NCBI GenBank assembly: GCA_964106645.2
Contig: OZ067042.1
DNA length: 64,000 bases
Source of the DNA: Podarcis pityusensis
Taxonomy: Eukaryota
Strand: one strand, 5' to 3'
Below, one piece after another: positions 47,882 through 61,871 of the stretch. Numbering within the stretch: the first letter of the stretch is position 1; every line of letters begins with the position of its first letter. The position numbers were made by a program, and so were the translations under genes. Below the pieces are notes generated by a model. That model searched no databases and had not been told where the DNA came from. It saw only the letters and a program-made list of their open reading frames with translations.

Positions 47882-49050
47882 AATATAAAGATGGTGAGTC
47901 TAGAAGCAGTAAGCAGCCAGATGACTTTGATCTATTGAAAGAAAGACAGCCAAGTGGTTTGAAAGGGTAAGCACATTTGTTCAGGTAATCAACAGAAAAC
48001 ATCGTGCTGGATTTACTCATTTCTCTTTCCTAAGAAAGGCAGGAGGGGCCAAATCTAATCTGTCAAGTGCCCCAGATGATGTTGCCGTTACTTTTTCCTA
48101 TCCTTTCTTTCATTTTAATGGCAGGACCTGCATTGACTACAGTAATTAGTTTGATTATATATTGTTTTATAGAAATAAATGGAAACACTGTTAACATAGA
48201 AGAGTATATAACATAGGAGGGCACACCATAATCTTGATCTAGGCACATGTTCACCAAAATATCTAGGAATATTGCTTATGATGTCTCTTTAGATGTTTGA
48301 AAAGGGGGCCTCCATAGACTGCTTTTCTGACTCCATAATTGATCAAGTAAACTTTATAAATCAGCTCTGGGTTTGTCAGATTATTGGTTCCCTGGATCAA
48401 TACATAACTTTTTAAAAAGAGAAACAGTTATTCTCTGTTGCCAGCAATGGAGAGAAATGCCCTGCATACATACATCTATACTTTGTACCTTAGTCTTAAA
48501 TAATAAGAGCAATTTAAAGAGCATACATTCCATTAAGTCCTTGAGCCCTGTTGGGATTCTCTCTATCTGGCAGAAGACTGGATCTCGGATATGGAGACAT
48601 CATGTAGAGAGGCAAAATTTTGTAAGAACATTCATAATGATGTCCCTAGATTGCTCCTGCTGTGGAAATGCTACCTCTTCATCTCATTACTGTTTGGTAC
48701 CACAATGGTATCGTGATGGGCTCAGAGAAATTAACAAGAACCAGGTGTGGAGGCTCAAAAATGGCTGCAAGCCTGTTGAAATGCTTAACTGTTCTGTGAC
48801 TTTAACTAATGTCCTTTGCAGGCCTTTCTGGAAATTCTCCTTATCAAAATACACCAGCAATACTGATCAGATGTGGAAAATAACAGGACAAACAGCACTG
48901 TGGGTGTTTTCTGACCTATGCAGACAACAGATTGAAGAAGCCCTAGAGGTTGCCCCTGCTCCGTTTGGAAAGGACAAGAGTCATAAATCCCAACCTCAGT
49001 CTCATCACTGTTTGCAGTATGGAGCACAGGAAGTGCATCTAGGCAATACA

Positions 49051-49291
49051 CAGTGGTACCTCGGGTTAAGAACTTAATTTGTTCTGAGGTCCGTTCTTAA
49101 CCTGAAACTGTTCTTAACCTGAAGCACCACTTTAACTAATGGGGCCTCTCGCTGCCGCCACGCCGCCAGAGCACGATTTCTGTTCTCATCCTGAAGCAAA
49201 GTTCTTAACCCAAGGTACTATTTCTGGGTTAGCAGAGTCTGTAACCTGAAGCGTCTGTAACCTGAAGCATCTGTAACCCAAGGTACCACTG
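49051..49291. mobile_element. Tc1/mariner (pogo/Tigger-like) MITE, same family as 32906
   Basis: cagtggtacctcgggtta ... taacccaaggtaccactg|ta; highly similar interior. Confidence 0.92.
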
Positions 49292-49355
49292 TAATTCACC
49301 ATTGTGCTGTAGTTTCTTCCCCTTTGCAGTCCCATGGCTGAGTGACCTAACATTA

Positions 49356-49539
49356 AGGATATGTACACATCACACCTTCAAAGCACATTATTTTCCCTCA
49401 AAGAATTTGGGGCACTGTAGTTCGTTCAGGGTTGCTGGGAATGGTAACTCTGTGAGGGATAAGCTACATTGTCCAGAATTCATTGAGTGAAAGACTATGC
49501 TTTTAATGTGCTTTGAAAGGTATGGTGTGTACACAGCCT
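49356..49539. mobile_element. MITE with ~30-bp imperfect TIRs
   Basis: tgtacacatcacaccttcaaagcacatt / aatgtgctttgaaaggtatggtgtgtaca. Confidence 0.7.
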
Positions 49540-49716
49540 CCTTCCTGATATCATCAAACTCTCTTCCATCTCAGCATGGAGACCCCATGGCTGAATTGTT
49601 ACAACTTGTGCATCAAATGGGTGTCAAAGCAGAGGACACCAACCATCTATTGGGTGGACACACTGCTGCACATTGGGAAATCTTTGGATCGGGGCCACTC
49701 ACTTGTAGATTTAGCA

Positions 49717-49966
49717 CAGGGGTCAGCAAACTTTTTCTGCAGGGGGCCAGTCCACTGTCCCTCAGACCTTGTGGGGGGCCAGACTATATTTTGGAAAAAA
49801 TAATGAATGAATTCCTAGGCCCCACAAATAACCCAGAGATGCATTTTAAATAAAAGGACACATTCTACTCATGTAAAAACTCGCTGATTCCTGGACCATC
49901 TGTGGGCCAGATTGAGAAGGCGATTGGGCCGGATCCAGCCCCCAGGCCTCATTTTGCCTACCTATG
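49717..49966. mobile_element. hAT-Charlie-like MITE
   Basis: Termini caggggtcagcaaa / tttgcctacctatg; 8-bp TSD atttagca / gtttagca. Confidence 0.85.
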
Positions 49967-50499
49967 GTTTAGCACATTACCTTTAGCAGTGCCAAATACT
50001 GTCCTCCACTGCCACAATACACATAATATTACCTCTTTCCCACCATACAGTAATAAGCCTTGGCTGCTTTAAGAATGTTCCATACGGTGGAACAAAGCAG
50101 CTGAAAACAGAATTCCCCCTATTAAATGTCTCAGTTTACAAGGATACTCCAAAACATCTCAGCTGCATTATTTAGTGTTATGGCTCTTGTGAGAGTTTAA
50201 GTTTAAAGCAGCCAGCTGTTTATTTTATGTATTCATTGATTAATCAATAAGAGCATTCCTTGTTGGAAATTGCTTAAGGTTACTTTCCTGCACATTTTAA
50301 CAGCAAGATGGCATCCTCCACATATACTACATAGGAGAATGCTAATCCCACTTTCCAAGGCTGCCCACTTGCCTTTTCAGAGGAGTAATCTAAAAAGGAC
50401 CAGACCATCTCCAATACATTCTCCTTGGCTGAGCCTATAATTCCACATCAAATGGCACCGAGCACACTTAGTAGTCATGGGATATGAGGACAGGTCCTC

Positions 50500-51930
50500 T
50501 TAAGGATTAGTAACTGGTTAAACAACAAGAAACAGAGGGTTTTAGTAAATGGACAGTTCTCACAATGGGAAACTCCTGTGAGACCTTCCAAAGACTTGTA
50601 TATATTTGATTAACCAATGGTATTTAATTACTCATAATGATCACAACTTGGGGTGAACAGCAAACTGATCAAATTTTGGATAGCATAACGTTTCTCAGAA
50701 TGGTATTACTTACTGTATTTTTCCGTGTATAAGACGCCCCCATGTATAAGATGCCACCTATTTTGGGGGACTCCAAATTAAGAAACCACCCCTCAGCACT
50801 ACCCGTGTATAAGACGAGCCCCAATTTCAAACCTATTTTTTTGGTTAAAAAGCAACGAATCTTATACACAGAAAAATACAGTGTTATTTTGTTATATTTA
50901 TCAGTCATCTCACCTGAAGAGCTTCTACGCAGGTCATGTACAGTACAATAGAAAGCAAATAGTAAAACATAGCAAAATACCAGCCAAATAATGCAGCCAA
51001 CCAACAAGAGAAAACAAGTATCAACGTTGACACCATCATATAAAGACGAAAACTCCAAATACTAGGAAGTTTGAGATGTTAGAATAACATTAACGTATTA
51101 AAAGACTCAAGCAGAATGTGAAGAGCCTCATAAGGACCTCTCCAAACTGATTGAATGGCAACAAAATGGGAAATATGTTTCAGTCTAAGTAAATCTAATG
51201 TGATACACATGGGGGGGGGGCATCCCAACTTCACATATACACTAATGAGGTCTAAATTGGCAGTTATGAAGTGAAGAAGAGAACCTGGGGCCATGACTCA
51301 CTGAAAATATCAGCTCAGCAGTGGTGGGTAAAAAGACTAATTCTGTGTAGGATGGCTAGGAAAGGTACTGAAAATAAGATTACCAGTATAGTATAATATA
51401 AATGAATGTTTTGGCCACATCCGGACCACTTTGCATTTCTCATCACTTCATCTCAAGAAGGATATTGTACAACTTCAAAAGGTACAGAAAATAGCAACCA
51501 AAAGAATTTAAGGACTGGAGGACCCACCTTACAAGGAAGCGTTCAAGTATTGGGGACTTTTCAATTTAGAGAAAAGGTTATTAAAAACTGGGGAGGAGTA
51601 TGATACAGTTTTATCAAATGATGGGGGGAAGAAAGTGAGAAAAACTTTTCCCCTCCCCTATTTTCTTTTATTGCATATTTTAATAATGTATTTTTATCTA
51701 TATTGTTGTGGAATTGGTTTTATACTTGTAAACCACTTAGAAGAGGCAATTATGTGGTATATAAATTAAGAAATCAATAATACTAGAATTCTTCAATGAA
51801 ATTGATTGGTGGGAGATTTAGCACAGACAAAAATCACAACATAACATATAATTAAAGGAATTTGCTATTACAGGATGTGGTGGTGACCCTTTCATTGGCT
51901 TTAAAGAGGACAAGGCTATCAATGGCTATT
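50500..51930 (+). mobile_element. Old CR1 LINE RT/3' remnant interrupted by younger insertions
   Basis: aactggttaa...aacagagggt...gtaaatggacagttctcacaatgg; aggacctctccaaactg; aatgtgatacacatggg; atcaatggctat. Boundaries approximate. Confidence 0.7.
50713..50881. mobile_element. Tc1/mariner-superfamily (Tc2/pogo-like) MITE nested in CR1
   Basis: 22/23-bp inverted repeat actgtatttttc(c/t)gtgtataaga; TA on the left, TG on the right. Confidence 0.85.
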
Positions 51931-52097
51931 TGCATGCAGTCGAAAGGATCTGGGATCAGCCGAGTGTGAGTTTAACATACCCACAACATAACTGATGACA
52001 GAACATCCCCAGTTTGCGCAGTATAGATCAAGGATTGGACAGCCCATTTGCTGGCTGGAAAACCAATGAAGTTGGCATGCTGGTCATTTTCACTATG

Positions 52098-52523
52098 GTT
52101 GGAGGATGGATGGCAGCTAACAGATTGAGGTTAAATCCTGACAAGACAGAAGTACAGTTTTTGGGGGACAGGAGGCGGGCAGGTGTGGAGGACTCCCTGG
52201 TCCTGAATGGGGTAACTGTGCCCCTGAAGGACCAGGTGCGCAGCCTGGGAGTCATTGTGGACTCACAGCTGTCCATGGAGGCACAGGTCAAATCTGTGTC
52301 CAGGGCAGCTGTTTACCAGCTCCATATGGTACGCAGGCTGAGACCCTATCTGCCTGCGGACTGCCTCGCCAGAGTGGTGCATGCTCTGGTTATCTCCCGC
52401 TTGGATTACTGCAATGTGCTCTACGTAGGGCTACCGTTGAAGGTGACCCAAAAACTACAACTAATCCAGAATGCCCAGCCAGATGGGCGGGGTATAAATA
52501 ATAAATTATTATTATTATTATTA
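52098..52523 (+). mobile_element. L2-clade LINE RT fragment, internally deleted and joined to its 3' tail
   Basis: WMAANRLRLNPDKTEV...VRSLGVIVDSQLSMEAQV...LVISRLDYCN...KLQLIQNA, then cccagccagatgggcggggtata and (tta)n. Confidence 0.92.
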
Positions 52524-55330
52524 TACGGGATTGTAGGCATGAACGTGATGAGGTACCCTTTTTGAATTGATTACATGAATATACCACACATATCTGCTTT
52601 GAAGCTGGCTGTGTGTTAATGCGCAAGGATATTCTTGGGAACTTGCAGATGGAGAGAGAGAGAGAGAGAGAGGATGGAACTAGTTCGATAACATTTGCCC
52701 AGAAGGGCAAACAGAGCTAAGCTAGTTCTTTTTTTCTTTTTGGTCCCTTTCCTTCTGCTAAGGTGAGAGCCGGGGGGGGGGGCAGAGAGGGTCTGGCAGT
52801 GCCCAGAGAAATGGAACAAAGTTTAGCTGGCTGCTTCATTCTCCCAGTGGGCTGGAAATGGGGAGGGAGCACTGAGGAGGCTTTGCTGAAAATGAATGCT
52901 GCATTGCAAGGGGTTGGACTAGATGACCCTCGGGGTCCCTTCCAACTCTTCAGTTCTAGGAGTCTGTGATCCTCTGAATCAGGGGTTGGGCTAGCTCCCA
53001 GTCTGATTAATTGCAAGTCTGGAAGATGGGTCTAAGCAATGTGCTTAGAGTTGTTTAGGGATATGGAAAAATATTTACCTCACCCTTGCACAATTTATTA
53101 CTTATTGTTTGACAGAGTTGATTCCTTTTTTGTGCCAACAGCTATCATCCTGGGAAACACAGTGGAGTGCAGCAATGATATTAAACACGATGCATTCTGC
53201 TAGGATAAATGGATATTGCGGTGCCCCAGCAAAGCTAGCCAAAAACCACACGTTAAAACCATTTATTTGAAAGGGTAACATGTCTCAACATTTATCATCA
53301 GAAAATGAGCAAGTATTATTGGCTAAGCTGAATGATTCAGGCAGTCCTGGCTCAACTTCTTCGAATCTGCAGTTCGCCTTTGATAACGGCTCACTAACAC
53401 ATGCAAAAATATATGAACTATTCCAATGAGTAAATGCTATAGTCAGCTTTATTTCCCAACTGAAAATTACGTTTTGTTGCATGGCTTTAAAGAGGTGCTA
53501 TGTCCTTTGATCAATTTATTTCCAGGTTCCTGAAATGAAGACCTGAGAGAGAATCTAAGAAATAATGCAGGGAATCTGCTATAGTTTGGCATATCCAAGC
53601 AGAGCTGCCCCAGCCATCAGGCACAATGGCAGTGGGGAACCCTTTCCTGAGGGCCACACTGCCTTCTGGGAAGCTTTGTGAGGGCCACATGCCAGTGTTG
53701 GGAGGCAAAGGTGAGCAGAGCAATGAATATATATATATATTACCTTTGCACAGTGGCCTGGTTTACACATTCATACATATATTGACACACCCATCTCCAT
53801 CCTCCATGCAGGCAAACAAGAGGCATTCACAATGTTCAATAACACATTCCAGCCAGACAAAAACACTTAGAGAGGGTATAAACAGAACCAGTGAGGGGAG
53901 TTGCCAGGAAGGAGTCCCAGTGGTCCTAGAGGCCTGGAGGACCTATGGGCCTGAGGAGACCCATCTGTGAGCTAGAGTAAGGCACTCATCTCAGGCAGCA
54001 GAACTGAGTTCCCTTGGGCATCCCCTCGGGGGGAGGGGGGCAGAGCTGAGTGTGCAATGTGGCCAGCCTCGTGTTCCTGGCTGCCCTCAGTTTCAGCTGG
54101 CAATATGGCTGGCTTTTGTACATGAAATGGGGACCCATCTTTCACTTCCCATAAGCCTTAGGCATCAGACATTTCTCTCAGACAGAGGGTGGGATTCCCC
54201 TAACAAGCTCCATCTGTGAAAACTCTGTGCAAGGACTGCCACTTTCATCATGGGACTCTCCCACCTCTTCCTTGTCTTGAGGGGTTCAGGATAACCCCCC
54301 TCCAAAAAAAAATAGCATGCATGGTGTGGGGAGGGGGACCATTCTGTCTGGCAAACTGCAATGCCTGCTTCGATGGAACATTAATCACAGCACAGCATTG
54401 AATCCTCCCAAGAATCATTAAGAACAGCTTATGAAGCTCCAAATAAGGAGCTGCAACCACAAGAACATCATGCTAAATTCTAAAGGACTTTGAAATTTGC
54501 CACAATTTCTGCAGCCTGTTATCTTTACTTGAAAGTTGGGACCCTGGAGTTCAAGTGGGGCTTGCTCTCGAATAATTGTTCATAGCGCTGCAGCCTTACC
54601 CTATTTGTTCCGTTGTTTTAACAATAGAAATCACAAAATAGGAGGCGAATTCCATAGTCCTATTGAGAAATGCATAACTGTGTAAGGCAGTTTATCATTC
54701 CTTCACCTGAGCACATCAAGCTTACAATGCAGTGAGCTGGTATTTATTCATTTCCCCAACAGAATGAATAAATGCAGGGCAAAGCAAGGCAGAAAGGCTA
54801 ACCAATGCAGCCTAACATAGCATTCATATTTCTAGTCAACTGCTGGTCATTCAACATGGTAGACTCCCAGCATTCCAGCTCAAAGCCTTGGTGGCCTCCA
54901 GAGAGTGCTTGGAGGTCCAGCTGGACAGAGACTTCACTCTTCAATTTCCATGTTGGAGGCAGCTCTGTGTGGGCATAAAGATCAAAAGCTCCATGGGTGC
55001 ACTGGCCCAGGATAAATATGTAGTCCCCTTGGTATCGTTGCAGCCAAAGCCATCTAATTACAGTGATGCCCAAATAATGTTTGTTTGTTTTATGTGATTA
55101 AAACATTTCTATGCTGCCTTTCAGCAAAAGCTTCCTAGGTGGCTTTAGGTTATTCGTTTGGCAGCACCCAATCTCATATTTTGCTGTCTTGAGGATTGTA
55201 GCAAATACTGGATCATTTAAGCCATTTGGAAAGGTCGAACTAGGTCTGTTCTGTACTTAGGTTATCTGTCAAGAGGGGATGCAAATCTATGGATCAGGTT
55301 TCCTTTCTCGTTGCTACACTTTGCCCTGTC

Positions 55331-55516
55331 TGTAGCTCAGCCGTAGAGCATCTGCTTTGCTTGTAGAAAGTCCCTGGCTCAATTCCCTACATCTCCACGT
55401 AGGACTGGAGGAGACCCCTGTCTGAAATCCAGAAAAGCTCTAGCGAAATAAATCCAGAGTAGGCACTGAGCTAGATGGACCTATGGTCTGCATCTGTACA
55501 AGGTAGCTTCCAATGT
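55331..55516 (+). mobile_element. tRNA-derived SINE (Squam3-like)
   Basis: A-box-like tgtagctcagccgtagagca, B-box-like ggctcaattccc, tail gagctagatggacc. Confidence 0.7.
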
Positions 55517-58331
55517 ATATTGTGTGCTGTACTGACTTGTAAAACAAATATGTAATCATGGAGTGGTGCTGTGCTGAGATTCACTTTCCACTGGTGGCTG
55601 CAGATGCAAGGTGAACATCTGTAGGGAAGAGGGCTTTGCTTATGTAGCTGAATGCATGAAGGCTTTCATGCAATGTGAAACCCTAAGCACCTGGGGTTTC
55701 AGACCTGTGGAACCCGTTGCACATACAGCTGTCTGATCTTAGGTACAGATGCCAGGAAAGGTGCTGTTCAGCAGGACGCCACTCACATATTGGTTTTATC
55801 CTCAACTCTGATGCCTGTAGAGAACTGAAATGGCTTCCATTAAATGAGCTGCAAGCCTTCCTCTAAACATGGCCTCCCACTCTTGTTATTTTCCCTGTGA
55901 CTCTGCTGCTTCCAGCCTTGGTTTCTCCACTGCTTCAAGCACTACTACTTTGTCTTTTATGGATATTCACAGGCAGATCCAACCCCACTTATTATTTCTA
56001 ATACAGCACATTTGCCGTCGATCCCCCAGCCCATGCTTTCCTAGGGCAGAAAGATGAACCTTTATCTGACAGAATCCATTTCCCCTCAAAGATTTTTCCT
56101 CCACTCTCTTTTGCACTTGGGAGGAGGCTTCCCTATAAAAGTGTGTGCAGTCATGACCCCCGTCTTTCATTCATCTGGTACGTTTTATCCCAAAGGCTTT
56201 CCAAAGTGTCTTGTGGAGCAGGGAACAGTGGCACCTGTCACCCATCTTTGGAATGTCACCATTATGCTGACACTGACGCAGAATGACAAGATTTCAGGGT
56301 TGTGATATTTAAATTTCCTGAGCATTTTTTACAAAAAGGAATGTGACCATTTTGGTTTACCACATGATCAGCACCCAGCATGAAATAAACAACGTTGCAA
56401 CGCAGCCCTGACACCCTTGGAGTGAGTCTAAACCTTTTATCCAGTCTCTTGGCCCAGTTTAGTACAGAACAGTCACTGGGACTGATTTCCATATTGATAT
56501 TGCACACCGATGGCTACAGCCTCTTAAGAACATGCACTACAGAAAAAGAACATAGGAAATATTAGGAACGGGAAAAGACTATTCACCACATTGATGCCTG
56601 TCTCCTGTATTACAGCATTTCCCCCAGGACAGCATCTAATTGCTTCTTGAACGAACCCACTGCCTTTTCCTCAACAACCTTGCCCAGTAGGCCATTCCAA
56701 ACATTTATTATTCTTTGAGTGACAAGACAAGTCTCCTCTGAATTTGTTGTTTGAACTTCCATTTATGCCCCCAATCCTGTCATGTATCCACATGGTATCA
56801 AAAGTAACATGCATTGATTTTATGCATTCACCTATGGTTTTTGTATACTGCTAGACCCCCTTAGACAGTTGTTTTTTTCCTCCCTCTAAGTTGAACAGAT
56901 ATCTTCTTTTCAAAACTAGTCGGTTAACTCTTCTCCCATTTTAATGGGGTAAGAAAATGTCTGTGGATGCCTGAGCAGGGGGCAGGGGAGGAATTTGGAT
57001 TGGTGTCTGTCTACCCAGTTCAGCTGGTCTCCACTGGATTACAGAGAGATGCCAGTGTCCCTATGCTGACGTGGAACTTCCCATTCGGCCTCAAAATGTG
57101 TGGGCAGATGAAAGTGCCACCAGCAGTTGCTGCTGCTGCTGCTAGCCCTTAAAAAAAACCAAAACAGGTTGGGGAGGAGCTGAGCTGGGCAAGGGTCTGA
57201 GCCAGCTTCACTGTGATCATGAAATGGCATCAGGCCTGATCTGGTCTTGATTTCTTGCCCCCATCACCACCTTCTTCTTCAGGTGGTATACATAGCTGCG
57301 GATGCAATGGTTGTCCTGCTGCTCCATTAAGCCCCGCTGCTCCTCAGGTAACTGTGCCCAGAATGGTATCGAAAGACCTTTGACTAGATTGTGCCTTAGT
57401 GTTTATATAGCATTCCTCAAGTACTTGAATACTCTTCTCACATGTATCCTAGTTATGCCTAAGAAGAGTCTAAAGTAACTCAGAATGAGATATAATGGCT
57501 CACCTAAGCCCACCCACTAAGTTCATAAATGACACCTACATTGTGTATGTCATTCCTTACATAGCTAAATGGCACCACTTATGCAAAAGTGGAAGGTATC
57601 AACAGGCTTAGGAGAACCAGGCGTGTTATTATGCTAACCCTGAAGATTGCAGATCTTCCTCCCCAATTATGTTTCTAGCCATGGCTATAGATTCAGCTCA
57701 AGTTAAGCCTCTGTGTTTCTTCCCAACATCTGCACAAGACAAGACAAGACTGTTCCCTGGCCTATTGTTCTCCTACATCCATGTGAGGGTGGAGGGTCTG
57801 CCTCCATCTTCTGGAAGCATCATTAGCTACTAATTTCTATGGCAGCATGCCAGTACCTGGACAATTCCTATTGTCATGCAGAGAAATACTTAATGAATAG
57901 AGCCATTAATTTAACAAAGAGACTGGTTTAAGGAATTCATTTTTCTGCAGAATCCCATCACAAAGGCATAACACCACATACTAGGAGGGGACCCAAAGAT
58001 GACATCTCAGCTACCACCTCCATCCTATAACAGGACTTTCCCACCCACGATCCCTAGCAAATGGCATTCAGAGGCATAGTGAGATAACATTATATACACA
58101 CCATAGAGTGGAAAATAGCTAGTCCCTAGTAAAAAGGTTAGCTAAGGAGGAGAGCTTTGATTTCTTCCTAAAGCACTATTCAAATTTATAAGCAACAGCA
58201 TTGAGAACATCAGTATTAAAAAGAAACACATGCAAGATAGTCAGAACCTTCTGCTTTAATGTCCTGACCTCTGTAATAATCCATTTGCTGCTCTCCTTTA
58301 CATATATTGTTGTGGACATCGATGGGTCAGT

Positions 58332-58661
58332 CAGGAGTGGGGAACCTTTTTCAGCTGAAGGACCACATTCACTCTTGAGTAACCTTCCAGGGGGCACCTG
58401 GTAGACAGAGCTAGAGGCAAAGGTTGGTGAAGCAACTAATGTAAATTTCACCTTTGTACAGCAGGCCAGTTTCTACACATCCAAACCCTTTCTATTCCCC
58501 ACCAGAGTTGAAGGACACTTTCTAGCTTGGCAAAAAGACCCTAGGATGGTGTGAAGCAGGACTACTGAAGTGTGTGGCTGGAGAGGGTCTGGCCTGGGGA
58601 AGTGTCCCAAGAGGCCTGAAGGCCTTCATTCAGCTCCTGGGCCCGAGGTTCCCCATCCCTG
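58332..58661. mobile_element. hAT-Charlie-like non-autonomous element
   Basis: TIRs caggagtggggaacct / aggttccccatccctg; related decayed copy at ~53630-53945; TSD not recognisable. Confidence 0.7.
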
Positions 58662-60157
58662 AGGTAAAAGTTCTGCTGGGGGTCAAAGTCTTGCCAGACC
58701 AGATGAAAACAGACCTTGGATTGTTTGCAAGTGTTTTCTTTTCTTCTGGCCAGAGCTCATCTGATCGTCAGAGTAATTTGTCCTCTCAGACCTACCAGAG
58801 TTCATTGGCACTGATTGCTTTCAGGTGCTTATACAGCCACATCTCTTAAGCCAAGTTGGGCACTATATTGTGCTTGGCTTCGTCCTTAGACTTTATGAAT
58901 TTATGTGCTTCTTTTTCAATGAGCCTTGCTTGGTTGGACAAGGAACCAAATATTGAGAGTTCTCATTGGGAGTTTTGTCTTTGTAGCTTTCGGAGTTTCC
59001 TTCACGGATATTAGTTTGAGAGCCAAATTATGCATTTGGAGATATGCCAGCACAGGGAGAGCTCCTGGGGTGCTGTACATCAGGATGTTTTATCTGTGAC
59101 GGCCTTTGTGCCAGAAGTGAAAGGTGGTGTGGAGTTCTATCGACATAGACCAGTGACAAATAATCTTTTGATAGTGAGGGGCTATTTGCAAAGATTTGGC
59201 ACCCTTAAACTGTCTCTAAAAGGCTTAAAATAACACTTAAAATAGTTGTGTTGGTGAATTCTTTCATTGTTTGTTACATTTACCCTTAGCTTCTAGCAAT
59301 GACTTGTTTGCATGTCTTGTTTCAGCTCTTGACAGTATCTGTCAAGGAGAAATGGCTCTTCAGCTTCTGAAGAATGAATGCCATTGGAAGAAGCAACACG
59401 TAACTTTTCATAAACCAACGTGGCTTAAAAACAACAACAAGGAAATCCTTGAGCTAATTGCATTCTTTCAAACTAGATACCTCACTTCAGAACCAAGGGT
59501 CAACTGAATGATGATGTGATTCAGATGCTAAACAATCTACTCAACTGAATGAAAATTAGGCTCTTCAAGATGGTGTTGTCTTGTGAAGAAGCATTAATTT
59601 CAGCGTTGCAGGTTTCCTCCAAACACTTCATCTTGATTTAGTTACATTGCATTCCGAATGTAGACCTTTTGGAATAAGAGTATGTAAGGCCACTTGTGAA
59701 GGGAAATAAAGAAACAACTCACCGCGTTAGATTGTCTCTTTGACTAAGTTTGTGAGATGTGCCGGGAAGACTTCAAACGCAGCATAAATGCCTCCTCTTG
59801 TCAAAGTTCATTTTTTGCCCAAATTTCAGTTCTCAATACAGGCACATTTGTGGATTATCAAAAAGAGAGGCCACAAAAATGGGGAAGAGTATTTTGAAAA
59901 GAAAACATAGGAACATAGGAAGTTGTCTATGGGTTTCTTCATGCAGCTCAGCATTGTCTATTCTGAAAAGAAGTGGCTGTGTTTTAGACAGGGGTCTCTC
60001 TTAGCCCTGGGGTCTCTCCCAAAAGAGGGAGAGGAGAGTGGAGGAAAACCTGGATAAAAGAGAAAGCAGAACAGGAAAAATAATGAAACAGGCAAATAAA
60101 AGCAAAAGCAAAGAAGAAACATTTAAAGGGAGAAATAAGGGGATAAACAGAATGCCT

Positions 60158-60469
60158 GAAGGAGCGTCTCCACACCCATCATTCAACCCGGACACTGAGG
60201 TCCAGCTTCGAGGGCCTTCTGGCAGTTCCCTCACTGCGAGAAGTAATGTTACAGGGAACCAGGCAGAGGGCCTTCTCGGTAGTGGCGCCTGCCCAGTGGA
60301 ATGCCCTCCCATCAGTTGTCAAGGAAATAAACAACTATCTGACTTTTAGAAGACATGAGAAGGCAGCCCTGTTTATGGAAGTTTTTAATGTTTAATGCTG
60401 TATTGTGCTTTTAACATTAGGCTGGGAGTTGCCCAGAGTGGCTGGGGAAACCCAGCCAGATGGGCGGGA

Positions 60470-60505
<36 letters not shown>
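60158..60505 (+). mobile_element. L2-clade LINE 3' end with (TAT)n tail
   Basis: Reverse-complement similarity to 46413-46700. Confidence 0.88.
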
Positions 60506-61871
60506 CATGGCTTGTCCTGTCCTCATACTGGGAAGGAAGGAGAGCACTGTAACATGCAAGCAAATGAGGAGGCAAAGGAAGGTGTGTAGCCCAAGGCACA
60601 GTCTAAGTTTTTCATATATTAGCAAACCACGGTTTAGTGTTGCATGTGACAAATCCCAAAGAATGAAAGGAGTTAGGCATCCTAATCTTTGTGCTGATTA
60701 AGATATATAGAACTATATTTTCCAAATTACATATTGCTTCATGATTGCTTATTGAAATAATCAACATACCAGTTTTCATTGACTCACATGAATTAGTAGT
60801 AAGTATCAAGCACTCCAATCAACCACAATGTTTCCAGTCCTAATATTCTATTTCCTTCATATTGTCAACCATTTCATTGTATAAAGGAATAGAGTCACTG
60901 CAAAGCCAGCAAGTAATTTGTTCAAGGGTTGCCTTCCTATCTAAGTATGTAAAACTGGTTTTATCTCACATTTAAATTTGTCTTTTGCCTGCTATGATTG
61001 GTTTTGCAACATCAAAAAGCTTCCAGCGTCTTCAAAAAATCGAGAACAAACTCCTGGAAATATGAAATAAAATTTGAAAAAGGAACTCTACTTAATACAG
61101 CCTGCTTCTCAGTGTCGCTTTAAAAAAAATGAACAGATCCACCTGGGATACTGGTGACTAACAACTGTGATAATAAGAATCCTTTTTGATCTCAAGGCCC
61201 AACATTATTCATATTTTTTTCCTTAGCCTCAAACAATGTCTTTAGATAGCCCAGGTAAAGGCAAGTCAGAAACAAAACAACATCACAAAGCACTCCTTTA
61301 TGCAGACACTTTCAGCTGCGCTACACAGCTCACATTGTCTTTGAACCCTGTGTAATGAGAGAAATTTTTTAGACTCCAGGGACTACTCTGGGTTATGTTT
61401 TTACCTCGGCATACAGAGTGAATTTTGAGTTCCTCAGCTTAAGAGAGATGCTTGGCATTTTTTCTGCAACTCTTTCCTTTTCAGTGATTACTCCTCTAAA
61501 GGCCCAGAAGTGAGGGGAGCAAGTGAACGAACCCTCCAGTTGTCGTTAAAAGGCTGGTGTTATCTAACGTGGAAAACCTTGGACCTGGGCTCCACCCAAT
61601 CCTTGTGTGGCCCTGAACATTATGGGCTGCAGTTTCTTAAGCCTCAGTATCCCCATCTGGAACACATTGTAATATTGATGTATCATCTTCAAGGGTTACG
61701 GCATCAATCTACAATGTCATTATGAAGGAAATCGTATGCGGATATGTAAAGCGAATTGGATGTATTGAGAAACAAATTCCGATCTGCCATCAAATTCAAT
61801 GTGGAACATTTCATTTGGTTGATCTCCACACTCAGCGTGCAGGACAGGAACTCTTTCCTCTTAGGCACTTA

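Noticed and set aside
48373-49077. 234-aa ORF
   Set aside because: Non-ATG start, no recognisable domain, runs into a MITE; probably chance or very old TE.
55331-55400. tRNA gene
   Set aside because: The cloverleaf is degenerate and continues into a SINE body.
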